This document shows, one piece after another, positions 1 through 11,570 of a stretch of DNA of 64,000 nucleotides. A program made the translations under genes and the position numbers. A model generated the notes under the pieces. That model had not been told where the DNA came from and did no database searches. It saw only the letters and a list, made by a program, of their open reading frames with translations. The DNA comes from Mustelus asterias (taxonomy: Eukaryota). The stretch's first letter is position 1. Each line of letters opens with the position of its first letter. Location of the stretch: the NCBI RefSeq assembly GCF_964213995.1, contig NW_027590137.1, forward strand, positions 1 through 64,000. Reading direction: 5' to 3'.

Positions 1-2290
1 TCTTTTCTTATTCACCAGGTTCATCACAACCTTCGTGCACCACGGTTCCCGTACCCTACCAACACCCCCCTGTCTCATCGGAACGTTGTCATGCAGAGCT
101 CCAGACAAACATTCCTTGAAAATCCTCCACTTTCCTTCGGTACTTTTCCCCAAGAATGCCTCCTTCCAATTTACCCGTCCAATTTCCTCCCTGATGACAC
201 TGTATTTCCCTTTACTCCAGAGAAACACTTTCCTAGCCTGCCTGATCCTATCTCTTTCCAATGCTATCGTGAAGGAGATAGAATTATGATCGCTATCCCC
301 AAGATGCTCACCCACCGAGAGATCCTCCACCTGTCCAGGTTCATTAGCCAGCACCAGATCAAGTACAGCCTCTCCTCTAGTAGGCTTATCCACATACTGT
401 GTCAGGAAACTCTCCTGGACACACCTAACAACCTCCTCTCCATCCAAACCCCTAGCCCTAGGGATATTCCAATCTATGTTTGGGAAATTAAAATCTCCCA
501 TCACGAAAACTCTGTTATTCCTACATCTCTCCAGGATCTGTTTCCCCATCTGCTCCTCAACATCTCTGTTACTATTGGGCGGCCTATAGAAAACACCCAG
601 CAAAGTTACCGACCCCTTCCTGTTCCTAACCTCCACCCACAGAGACTCCGTAGTCAATCCCTCCACGGCGTCCACCTTCTCTACAGCCGTGACACTCTCC
701 CTGATCAACAGTGCCACTCCCCCCCTCTCTTGCCTCCCTCCCTGTCCTTCCTGAAACATCTAAAACCCGGCACCTGAAGCACCCAGTCCTGTCCCTGAGA
801 CATCCAAGTCTCCGTAATGGCCACCACATCACAATTCGAAGCAGCAATCCACGCTCTAAGCTCATCCACTTTATTCACTACACTCCTGGCATTAAAATAG
901 ACACATCTCAGACCTTCAGCCTGAGCACTTCCCTTCTCCATCACTCGTCTAACCTCCCTCTTACCCTGTCTACATTCCTTATCTATTTGCGAGCTAACCT
1001 CCTCGCTCTCAGTCCCCTCATTTCGATTCCCTCCCCCCAACCTTTCTAGTTTAAAGTCTCTCCAGTAGCCTTAGCCAACCTTCCCGCCAGGATATTGGTC
1101 CCCCTGGGATTCAAGTGCCACCCGTCTTTTTTAAACAGGTCACACCTGCCCCTAAAGAGGTCCCAATGATCCAAGTACCCAAATCCTTGTCCCTTGCTCC
1201 AGTCCCTCAGCCACGCATTCATTCTCCACCGATTCCTGTTCTCACTCTCCCGCGGCACAGGCAGCAATCCCGAGATTACTCCCTTTGCATTCCTCTTTCT
1301 CAGCTGTCTACCTAACTCCCTATATTCTCTTTTCATGACCCCTTCCCTCTTCCTACCTATCAGCAGTACCTATATGCATCACGAACTTCGGCTCCTCTCC
1401 CTCCCCCTTCAGGATTTCTGGGACTCGACCAGAGACATCCCGGACCCCTGCACCAGGGAGGCAAACCACCATCCGAGAGTCCCGTCTGTGTCCGCAAAAA
1501 CGCCTATCTGACCCCCTCACCGTAGAGTCCCCAATTAGCACTACCCTCCTTTCCTTACCCTTTTGCACTACTGGGCCAGGCTCAGCTCCAGAGACACTGC
1601 CACCGCTGCTTCCCGCAGGTGGGCTGTCCTCCCCAGTAGTACTCAGACAGGAGTACTTATTATTAAGGGGCACATCCACCGGGGTGCTCACCATCAACCG
1701 AGCTTTCTCCTTCCTCACTGTTACCCAGTTACACTCCTCCCGTGGTCCCGGTGTGACCACCTGCCGATAGCTCCTGTCAATGACCTCCTCACTATCCCTA
1801 ACCCGGCGAAGGTCCTCGAGCTGCAATTCCAGTTCCCTAACATGGTCCCTTAGGAACCGCAGCTCAACACACCCAGCACAGATATGGTCGTCCGGGAGGC
1901 TAGGAGCCTCCAGGACCTCCCACATCCTACATTGGGAACAACATACTGGCCTCACACTCATAATTGCCCTTTTAAACACACAGGGGAAAAAAAAGTGAAT
2001 GAAAATTTTAAACTTACCTTTCCTCCTTCTGTTTTCTCCAAAGCCCTGCTCTCACTGGGTCTTTTTTTTAGGTTAGAGGAGGAGGGAGGGTGGGATACTC
2101 TACAAGTGTAGAGTATCGGGATTCCTCTCTGTTCCAATTTATTGGGGAAAAAAAAATCTCTCTCCCAGACCTCCCTGCGCGACCACTTCCGGGTTTAGAT
2201 ATTTTAAAAAAAACCCGCGAAAAAGTAAGTTAAAAAATAAAAGCGCTTACCCGCAGCACTCCTCTCGCGAATCTCTCCCTCTCTGCTGTA
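1..2290 (-). mobile_element. CR1-clade LINE, 5' portion (5'UTR, ORF1, start of ORF2 endonuclease); continues off the left edge of the window
   Basis: ORF 705..1040 has APE endonuclease motifs (YFNARS, DVVAITETW, VPGFRCFRKDR); ORF1 with CxxC...CxxC and GDS esterase motif lies upstream; frameshifts present. Confidence 0.93.
1046..1979 (-). pseudogene. CR1 ORF1 (zinc finger/leucine zipper plus SGNH esterase), frameshifted near 1350
   Basis: CSQCRMWE...CAGC, coiled coil ELELQLEDL, VLIGDS, CLPGA and HIGT in 1353..1979; continues ISGLLP...DGWHLN (DxxH block) in 1046..1336. Confidence 0.88.
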
Positions 2291-2819
2291 CTTCCAAGAA
2301 GCAATGATTATCAGAGCAATTTTCTCTCCCCATTGCCCGATTAAATAGTTCAAAGCCAGGTTTGCAACCGGCCAGATATAAAACTCGGTTAGAACAGTTG
2401 GGTATTAACCATGAGAGACTGGGATGTTTTCCGCAAAAACATGCAACGAGTACACATTTCCAATGATTGTCAGCAATTGGGGCCTATGAGATATACTAGG
2501 GGAAAACACGCAGAAATTCGGAGATCCTGGGGTCAATCTGAAACAACAGATAAACGGAGATTATTGGAAATGGTCCCAGAGATTTCGGTTTAATCTGATA
2601 CAGAGACTCCCGCTTCTCAATTTCTCTTAAACACATAAATAGATGTTTTGCCCCCATGTTCTGTTAGAAACGCACACGCTCCGTTTTCTGATGAACACAC
2701 AGCGACTCTCTGCTTCAAACTGTCCGCTTTGCACGAATTAACACTACTCCACTGACTCCATTTCGATGATGCATTATCCCCAATAGACGCCATCCCCTCT
2801 GATTCCATCCCCGGAAATC

Positions 2820-3295
2820 ATAGGGTCATAGAGGTTCACAGCATGGAAACAGGCCCTTCGGCCCATCTTGTCCATGCCTCCCTTTTTTTTTTAAACCCCT
2901 AAGCTAATCCCAATTGCCCTCATTTGGCCCATATCCCTCTATTCCCATCGTACCCATGTAACTATCTAAATGCTTTTTAAAAGATAACATTGTAGCCGCC
3001 TCTACTACTACCTCTGGCAGCTTGTTCCAGACACTCACCACCCTCTGTCTGAAAAAAATGCCCCTCCGGACACTGTTGTATCTCTCCCCTCGCACCTTAA
3101 ACCTATGCCCTCTACTTTTAGACTCCCCTACGTTTGGGAAAAGGTATTGACTATCTACCTTGTCTTTGCCCCTCATTATTTTATAGACCTCTACAAGGTC
3201 ACCTCTCAGCCTCCTACGCTCCAGAGAAAAAAGTCCCGGTCTATTCAGCCTCTCCTTATAACTCAATCCATCAAGTCCCGGTAGCATCCTAGTAA
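2820..3295 (-). mobile_element. CR1 LINE 3' fragment inserted into a minisatellite
   Basis: FTRMLPG...LFSLERRRLRGDL...RGHRFK...WNKLP ORF2 C-terminus plus 3'UTR and short repeat tail; minisatellite sequence on both sides. Confidence 0.93.
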
Positions 3296-3299
3296 AAAT

Positions 3300-3680
3300 A
3301 ATCACTGAACATCACTCCAGGGATCCTCTCTCCCTGCTTCATTCCCTCTGACTCCATCCCCCTGAACCTGAACTCACTGAACATCACCCCAGGGATCCTC
3401 TCTCCCTGCTTCATTCCCTCTGATGCCAACCCCCGAAATCACTGAACATCACCCCAGGGATCCTCTCTCTGCTGCATTCCCATGATACCCTCTGATACGA
3501 TCTGATACCATCCCCCGGATCTCCCTGAATATCACCTGAAGGATCCTCTCTCCCTGTTCCATTCCCTCTGACTCCATCCCCCTGAACTCACTGAATATCA
3601 CCCGAGGGATTCTCTCTGCCTGCTTCATTTCCTTTGCTGCCATAACCCTGAACCCACTACATATCACCCCAGGGATCTAC
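3300..3680. repeat. Minisatellite, ~66-bp unit, ~6 copies
   Basis: cactgaa(c/t)atcacc-like motif recurs at 3303, 3375, 3440, 3523, 3589 and 3655; a partial unit also lies at ~2790-2820. Confidence 0.9.
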
Positions 3681-4311
3681 CAGTGCCATTCCAAACTTTC
3701 ATGCCCTGACCTTTCTGTCCACCGCCGTCTCATCATGTTCTTCTACAGGCTGTGGATGATATCAACATTTCCTGAGGATTCTGGTCTAGTTCTTTGTATG
3801 TTCCAACATTCCTGAAGCTGAGAAGTTTTCATTCTAAAGTTCTGGATTTCAGCTCCGAGATTTGATTTGCTTACAATGTCATATCAACTTCAGGTAGAGA
3901 AGAATGAACGGCCTACATGCGAGTTCAGAAGCACTTCTCTGAATGGGTACAGTTGAAAATTAAGTTCCTTTCTGCTCGAATCTCTAATACTCACCATGTG
4001 CACCGCCCCACGCAGCCAAGGGCCGACCCTTCCTCACTCTCTTACTTTTACCTTCAGTCGGTATGATTCCCCATCTCGATGTACTTTCCCCAGGATCGGG
4101 AGGTCTCACGTTGGTCAGGGCGACCGTTTGTTACTCACGCATGCGGTACTGAATCTGAGAATGAGTGATTGGATAATGTAGAGGGAGATTTGTACTGCAT
4201 CACACCTATGCCATACCTGTCCTATAATGTGACACCAGATTGTAGAGGGAGGTTTTAATTCTATCTGTGCTTAACCTATTGGACGTAATGACATGCTTTG
4301 CTGATAAACAG

Positions 4312-4315
<4 letters not shown>

Positions 4316-4355
<40 letters not shown>

Positions 4356-4381
4356 CGCATGCGCACACACACACACACACG
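4316..4381. repeat. (CA)n microsatellite
   Basis: Visible directly in the sequence. Confidence 0.97.
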
Positions 4382-4514
4382 CATACATTTTTGTTGTTAT
4401 GAGTCTTTGCTGGTTAGGGCGATGACAAGATTCTATTCACAACAAATTATTAATACAACCTTACGAAAGATGGAATTATTAATAGGAATAAAATTTAACA
4501 ATTTGGTTAAAGTA

Positions 4515-4602
4515 CCCCAAGTGGTCTCGGAGTATGATTCCTGCTGTTGGTATTTGAGATCAAATGTGCATGAAATGCTGAGTTCAAATCCCGGACATGC
4601 CC
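4515..4602 (+). pseudogene. Degenerate tRNA-Pro with a ~16-nt intron-like insert
   Basis: tggtct.gg.gtatgattc and gttcaaatcccggac..gccc match tRNA-Pro; 88 nt versus 72; 5' acceptor strand destroyed. Confidence 0.7.
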
Positions 4603-4864
4603 TGTGATGTTGTTTCCTATTGCCCAATTCGCAGGTTCTGTTCATTTCTTCCCGCTACAGACGGGGGGATTGGTTCACATGGGGCTTGGTTTGAGAATCT
4701 GAGTACAAACTGCAGGGAATCTATCATCACAACACGCTCACTCGAAAACAGCTTTCAAAAGGGTTGGCTTGGAAGGGGACATTCATTTTATCATCATTCA
4801 CCTGTTCAAGAGACCCCACAATTGCCCATTCAGGCAGTTGAGGCAGTTGGCTGGATGTTTCTGT

Positions 4865-5300
4865 TTATTCATTGACGAGATGTGGGTGTCTCTGGCTCGG
4901 CCGGCATTTATTACCCATCAGTAATTCCCTTGAGAAGGTGGCGGTGAGCTGCCTTCTTGAACTGCTGCAGTCTATTGGTATAGATACATCCATAGTGCTG
5001 TTAGTGGCGGGGGAGCGGTTATTCCAGGACCTTCTTCCAATGACGATGAAGGTTCAGCGATACATTTCCAAGTCAACATTGTGATCGGCATGGAGGGGAT
5101 TCTCCTCGTGATAACGGTCTTGGGTTTGCAAAGTGCTGTCTAAGGTGTATTTGGTGAGTTCCTGCACCGATCAGGCAAGTGGGGTGTATTCACTCACATT
5201 CCCGAGTTGTGCCTTGTAGTTGGTGGACATGTTTTGGGGAGTCAGGTGAGTTATTCGCCGCAGGATTCCCAGCCTCTGACCTGTTCTTGTGACCACTGCA
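4865..5300 (-). mobile_element. Old non-LTR retrotransposon 3' fragment (same family as 20880-21510)
   Basis: Shared gagttattcgcc...cctctgacctg and aaggtggtggtgagctgccttcttgaa-type motifs. Confidence 0.7.
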
Positions 5301-5719
5301 CGAATTGATAAAATGTGTGTTGAGTCAAAATAGGAGCATCACTTTTCCTGCTCAGTGTGCAGTGGATACTCAGCACTTCTATTTCATTTTTTTCTGAATG
5401 CATATTGAGGCATATGTAAGAGCTAATGTCATATGCATGCACAGTATTACATTCAAGTAATATTCGAGTGTTGATTCTCTGAGGGGAATGGTTACTGGTT
5501 TGGCAGTCTTATAGTCTTTGGACAGCAGTTTGAATTCCACCACGGCGGGTTAACTCAGCAACTCAATTCAAGGGCAATTAGAGGTGATTGTAAATGAAGG
5601 AAGACAATCTCAATGATGGACCTTTTCCTCACAAGTAAACGCAAAATTTTGACAAAGTTTCTACCTGAAACTTTCGAAACGTCGGGCCAATATGCAACAA
5701 CTGTCATGTTTTCACATGT

Positions 5720-5792
5720 GGGCCAGTGGCGCAATGGATAATGAGTCTGACTACGGATTAGAAGATTCCAAGTTCGACTCCTGCTTGGCTCG
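5720..5792 (+). pseudogene. tRNA-Arg(ACG), degenerate copy
   Basis: 73 nt with about 6 substitutions relative to the perfect copy at 17151-17223, including D-stem and T-stem positions. Confidence 0.85.
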
Positions 5793-5920
5793 GTGCAAAC
5801 GTTTAAATGATGAGTACAGAGCAAAGATAAAATTGCTGTAAAACCGAGATTTGAGTAATGTTCAGCAACTAACTAAAATCGTATAAATGACCCACACGAT
5901 ACATGAGAATGCTTAATTAA

Positions 5921-5985
5921 TGTTTCGGCCCAGTTTCAAACCGGGGACTTTTCGTGTGTTGGGCGAACGTGAGAATCACCACACT
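5921..5985 (-). pseudogene. tRNA-Val(AAC) pseudogene, 5'-truncated
   Basis: Matches the reverse complement of the GTTTCCGTAG-type Val tRNA; 5' acceptor strand missing. Confidence 0.8.
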
Positions 5986-6534
5986 TATCTTTTAAACAAA
6001 ATCAAGTACCTTTAAAAGGAACAGATTTAAGAATGATCTACCAGTTATAGTCGATGCCTCTTTATTCTGTCTGTGAAACATTCTGGCGCCTAAATCTCGT
6101 TCATCTATCGGAAGTCCAGCAGGTCCGCACTTATTCTCGATTTCCTCATCGGTCTGAATGGTTTTTACTACTTCTTTATTGCGAAGAGAAATTCTAAAAA
6201 GATGCGTGTGGGAAATGTGCACCATTTACGATTTCAATTATGTCTGTCTTTTTGAGCACACAATACTATTAGACATGTTTCAGATGGTGATTAACTATGT
6301 TGGTCTTCAACTATAAACACATTAAATTCTTTTGTGGACTGAACGAGTTGCGAATACGTGTAAAAACAAGTCATTTATTTCCAGCCATTGCTTCCCAAAA
6401 TACGGCATTTCTGATTCTCCTAAATTGATTTGAGGCCGATGGCAAAGGCAACATAACATTGGATTCGCATGAGGTTGAGCAATGAACATACACTATGCAG
6501 ACTTTTCTCACGCTTCATGAGAAAGATCCAACAG

Positions 6535-6607
6535 TGTTTCTGCCCGGTTTCGGGCCGGGGATCTTTCGTGTCTAAGGCGAACGTGATAACCACTACACTA
6601 CGGAAAC
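6535..6607 (-). pseudogene. tRNA-Val-derived pseudogene (anticodon now TAG, B-box mutated)
   Basis: GTTTCCGTAGTGTAGTGGTTATCACGTTCGCC is intact; T-loop reads CCCGAAA instead of TTCGAAA. Confidence 0.88.
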
Positions 6608-7776
6608 AGCTAACAGCAAGCTACAGCAGATATAAATCGGCCTGTTTGCGATGTTCAACTTCGCTGTGTTGCTGCAGGTTCCAATGGTTAGACTGAGAGT
6701 CCATGTCACTTTATTCAGGAAGATAACCGTGACTTTAAATCTGAATGCTCAACTTATCTTGAACTTCAAAATTTGAAAAGGCTCGCCTCGCAAATATCTA
6801 AGGGAGCAATGATTTCTGCCCATTCATTAATGCATAATTCTCATCTTCCTTCCAATAATTTCAAACAATTGTACTCAGTAATAAAAGCAAATTGCTGCGG
6901 ATGCTAGAATCGGAAACCAAAACAGAAAATGCTGGAAAATCTTACAAGGCCTGGCAGCTTCAGTAAGGAGAGAAAAGAGCTGATGTTTCGAGTCCAGATG
7001 ACACTTTATCAAAGCTCATTGTACAATTGTACTCAGTATTTGTTTCAATATTTAATATCAATGCATAATTTAACACATATGTCTTCATTATGAATTGAAT
7101 ATCTCTGAAATTGAACATCACTGAATTGCAAACATAACTGACCAACAGAATGAAGCGAATCACCGGGTAATACAGATCGCAAATTTGAGATTGACTATGG
7201 TCAGCTTTTAAACAAAGTCAACTCCATTTAAATGGAGGAGAATCAAAAATTATCTGTTCGTGACACTTGAGCCTTTTTTATTATGGGTGTGAAACATTCA
7301 GGCGCATAAATTCCGGCCCTTTACAGGAAAGTCCAGTAGATCCGCGCTGAGTCTCGGTTCCCTCATCTGTCTGAGTGGCTTTTCCTGTTTCTTAGTGACG
7401 AAAAGCCATTTAAAAAAAGATTCTTCTGTGAAATGTGCGCCATTTCCTCTAGTTCACTTACAGTAACACTTGTATCTGTCTTTTTGAACACACACTACTA
7501 TCAGATATTTCAAATGGTGATTAACCATATTAATCTGCATCTATAAGCCCATTAAATTCTGTTGTCGTCTGAACGGGATGCGAATAAGTGCTCGGTGTCA
7601 AAATCGAACTTTCCTGTCAGTGCGTCAGAAAAAGTTGTTTCTTATTTCACAGAAAACACTTGAGAGTGATGCCAGAGCAGTGATAACATGCCTTGAACAT
7701 CGGGTTTCGGATAATGTTGAGCAATTAACTGAAATCAAGCAATTTTCCCTTACCTGACCTGAGAAAGCTGAATGAA

Positions 7777-7849
7777 TGTTTCTGTGCGGTTTCGAAGCGG
7801 GGACTGTTTGCGTGTTACAGGAACGTGATAACCACGATACTACAGAAAC
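7777..7849 (-). pseudogene. tRNA-Val(AAC) pseudogene
   Basis: 73-nt match to the Val backbone with many substitutions. Confidence 0.85.
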
Positions 7850-9018
7850 AGCTTAAAACACGTTAGAGTAAATCTGCCTGTCTGCAATGTTCAACTCCGC
7901 TGTGTTGCTGCAGGTTCCGATGGTGAGACTGAGAGCCCATGTCACTTAATTCAGGAAGATAACCGTTACTTTCAATCTAATTGCTCAGCTTATCTTAAAC
8001 ATCAAAATTTAAAAGGGTTCGTCCCGCAAATATCTAAGGGAGCAATGATTTCTGCCCGTTCATTAATGCATTATTCTCATCTTCCGTCGAATAATCTGAA
8101 CCATTTGTACTCAGTAATAAAAGCAAATTACTGCGGATTCTGGAATCGGAAACCAAAAGAGAAAATGCAGGAAAATCTCACAAGGTCTGGCAGTAAGGAT
8201 AGAAATTAGCTGACATTTCGAGTCCAGATGAGACATTGTCAAAGCTCATTGTACAATTGTACTCAGTATTTGTTTCAATATTTAATATCAATGCATTATT
8301 TAACACATCTGTCTTCATTATGAATTGAATATCTCCGAAATTAAATATCACTGAATTGCAAACATAACTGACCAACAGAAGGAATCGGTTCACTGGGTAA
8401 TACAGACCGCAATTTTTTTGATTGACCATAGTCAGCTTTTAAACAAAGTCAACTACATTTAAATGGAAGGGATTGAAAAGATATCTGTTAGTTACGCTTG
8501 AGCTTTTTTATTATGGGCGTGAAATATTCAGGCGCATAATTTCCGGCCATCTTTTGGAAAGTCCAGTAGATCCGGACTGAGTCTCCATTCCCTCATCTGT
8601 CTGAGTGTTGTTTCCTATTTCTTTGTTATGAAGAACGATTTTAAAAAAGATTCTTCAGGGAAATATGCTCCATTTCCTCTCGTTCACTTGCAGTATCACT
8701 TGTGTCTATCCTTTTGAGCACACACTACTATTGGACATGATTCAGATGGTGATTAACGATGTTAGTCTGCACCTATAAACCCATTAAACTCTGTTGTGGG
8801 CTGAACGTGGTGCTATTATGTGCATTGCGTCAAAATCGAAACGTTTCTTTCCTGTCAGTGCGTCAAAAATAAATCGGCATTTCTTATTTTACAGAAAACA
8901 TTTGAAGCCGAGGTCAGAGCAATGATAATATGGTTGTAAGGTCGAGATTCGGATAATGTTCAGCAACGTACTGAAATCATACCGATTCCCCCCACCCGAC
9001 ATGAGAAAGCTTAATGAA

Positions 9019-9091
9019 CGTTTCAGCCCGGTTTCGAGCCAGAAACTTTGCGTGTGTTCAGCGAATGTGATAACCACTACACTACAGAAAC
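9019..9091 (-). pseudogene. tRNA-Val(AAC) pseudogene
   Basis: GTTTCTGTAGTGTAGTGGTTATCACATTCGC 5' half; degenerate T-arm. Confidence 0.85.
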
Positions 9092-9915
9092 AAGAGACAG
9101 AACCACGCCTCCAATTCGCCTGACTACAATGTTCAACTCCACTGTTTTGCTGCAGGTTCTCATGGTTAGATTGAGAGCCCATGTTACTTAATACAACAAC
9201 AACTCCGTTACTATCCACCTGATTTCTCAACTCATCTTGAACTTCAAAATTCAAAAGCGTTCTTCTGGGAAATGTCTATGGGAGCAATGATTCCTGCTCA
9301 ATCATTAATGCATCATAATCATCTTCCGTCGAATAATTTCAACCAGTTATATCCAGTATTTGTCGTTATTCAACATTTTATATCAAACATAACTGACCAA
9401 CAAAAGGAATCGAGTCACCGGTTAATAGATGCAACTAACATTCAGGCGCTTACAAAATTCTGTCCATCGATAGGAAAGTCCAATAAATCCGCACTAAGTT
9501 TCGATTTTCTCATTTGTCTGAGTGTCTTTTTTCTATTTCTTTATTATGAGAACGATCTTTAAAAAAGAATGCTCCTTTATTTCACTTACAGCATCAGTTG
9601 TGTCTGTCTTTTTGAGCACGCACCATTATTAGACATGTTTCAGATGGTGATTAACTATGTTAGTCTGCATCAATTAAACCAACTAAATTCTGTTGTAAAC
9701 TGAAGCAGATGCTAATATGTGCACGGTGTCAAAATAGGAACGTTTCTTTCCTGACATTGCGTCATAAAATTCAGCATTTCTGATTTTCGAGAAAGCATTT
9801 GAGGCCGAGGTCAGAGCAATGATAATATGGCTGTAACATCGAGATTCGGATAATATTCAGCAAGAAACTGAAATCATACAGACTTACCTCACCCTACATG
9901 AGAAAGTTTAATGAA

Positions 9916-9988
9916 TGTTTCTGCCTAATTTCAAACCGGGATCTTTTTTGCTTTGGAGGCGAACGTGATAACAACTACACAACTGATA
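9916..9988 (-). pseudogene. tRNA-Val-derived pseudogene, highly degenerate
   Basis: ggcgaacgtgataacaactacac core at the expected position in the array unit. Confidence 0.75.
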
Positions 9989-11531
9989 CCGCAGGCTGCC
10001 GGTGTGTTGAAAAATGTCTGTTTGGATTTTCTGGCCGAGTCAGGGTTTTAGAGCAGGGGAAGAACCCCTGGAAATTAATTCACTTCATTCAGAATGTGAA
10101 AGAGAGTTTCACAAACTCGACCAACATACGATGCCACCACCGGGTGGCGTGACTTTCATTGCGAAGTTTTCAAGTTGGCGCCTGAGAATCAATAAATGTC
10201 TTATCTATTTGTCTCATTCAGTGAATTCATAGTGAGCAGAGAGCATGAGGATGCCACAGTAACTATGAAGCGGACAGATGAAGTCAGCAATACCCATTGA
10301 ATGTCACTTGTGTTCCCTGCTGTTGCATTGGCTGGAAATAGATATTGTTCAGCTAACATAAGGAGAGATGGAATTAGGCGCTTTGGAATCACAGAAAAAT
10401 AGGCAGAGGAATCGACAGAAATGCAAGGACAATGACAAGTCAGTGAGAGAGTTAAGCGGAGACACAGTGAGAAAAATAAATAGACAAAGGGAGAAGCAAT
10501 GGCTGAGATGGCAGCAGAAATTCAAGGAATATATGAAGTCAACAATATAAAGTACAATCTGATATGGGAAAGGTTTATCCTGAAACATCTACTCGATTGA
10601 ACTGTGATTGTAGAGCATCAGGCCACTGGTTCATTTAAATAAGTTTAAATTTGGGGCACAGGTCAGGGCACAGTTGGTTATGTAGAGAGTGGTCATCATT
10701 AACAATGGAATTTGATCAATGTAAAAGAGTCAAAAACAAACATAGTGGTCCCCTAACAAGTAAGACAAATTATAAGGATGTTTGCAGATTTCTGAATTGG
10801 TGACTTATGATGAGAATAATGAAAGTCCTCATTCCCCAGTGCCATGCGACTTCTTGATTGATTAGTTGCACTGGTCATGAATACGTGATGCAAGAGCTCC
10901 CTCTGTTGGTGCTGAGTGGTAAATGGCCTTCTTTCTGGAGATTCAATGTATTCATTATATTTTCAAAATATGTTTCTGCCAAATCTTTCCTGATTTGTAT
11001 TATTGTTACTGTGATGCAACCTGTAGATTTTATGACTCCTGTGAAATTGAATGCGAGTTGTTTTCTACACAGATAGCTTTGAAATTTGCTGTTGAGTGCA
11101 ATGACGGTGGGTTCAATGCCTGTAATGTTTTGAGAACTGTCCCCAATTAACAAAGAAGGCTTTTATTCCCAACCGTGGTCGCAGCCAATTGAAAAATTCC
11201 CACGACCAGGACATTAATTGTGTCGCAGCTTGAGGTATTTCCATTCACTGGTATACAGCTCCCCACCGACTGGTGGAGCCAGACCAGAAAAGTGGCATGA
11301 TTGTCTTTTGGAAGAATGAGTCGAGTATGGTTCTGTGCTGGATCTGCCTGACAGATTGGATTCTGCAGTTTGTTTTCTCCATTGCGGCTGTAAAGAGTTA
11401 GGTGTCAGTTGCATCTGCGGTTAACTTGGTTTCCTCTGTTTGTGTTTGAGCGGCCGAAAACTCACTTAACATCTGGCCATGAGTCTCAGCAATCCTCAGT
11501 CGCCACGAGCTCACATCTCCAGTGTTAAGCA

Positions 11532-11570
11532 GGTTTCTGAATGAGAGTGAGCCTTCTTTCTATCTCTGTG
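11532..11570 (-). promoter_or_regulatory. 23-bp-spacer recombination signal sequence of V segment A
   Basis: Minus strand: CACAGAG + 23 nt (ATAGAAAGAAGGCTCACTCTCAT) + TCAGAAACC directly after the YHCASR codons. Confidence 0.88.

Larger units (their letters stand above)
5830..9990 (-). repeat. Tandem array A: ~1.24-kb unit containing a tRNA-Val pseudogene (about 4 units)
   Basis: tRNA-Val-like sequences at 5921, 6535, 7777, 9019 and 9916 (spacings 614, 1242, 1242, 897); spacer motifs recur in the same order. Confidence 0.92.

Noticed and set aside
91-777. 228-aa plus-strand ORF and other ORFs antisense to CR1 elements
   Set aside because: Shadow frames of LINE ORFs.
3300-3680. CRISPR-like array (also considered for 52433-52612)
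   Set aside because: No unique spacers, eukaryotic context and no cas genes; ordinary minisatellites.
6535-6607. Val-body tRNA with a TAG anticodon as a recoding tRNA
   Set aside because: T-loop/B-box is destroyed and the anticodon stem is mismatched; consistent with neutral decay.
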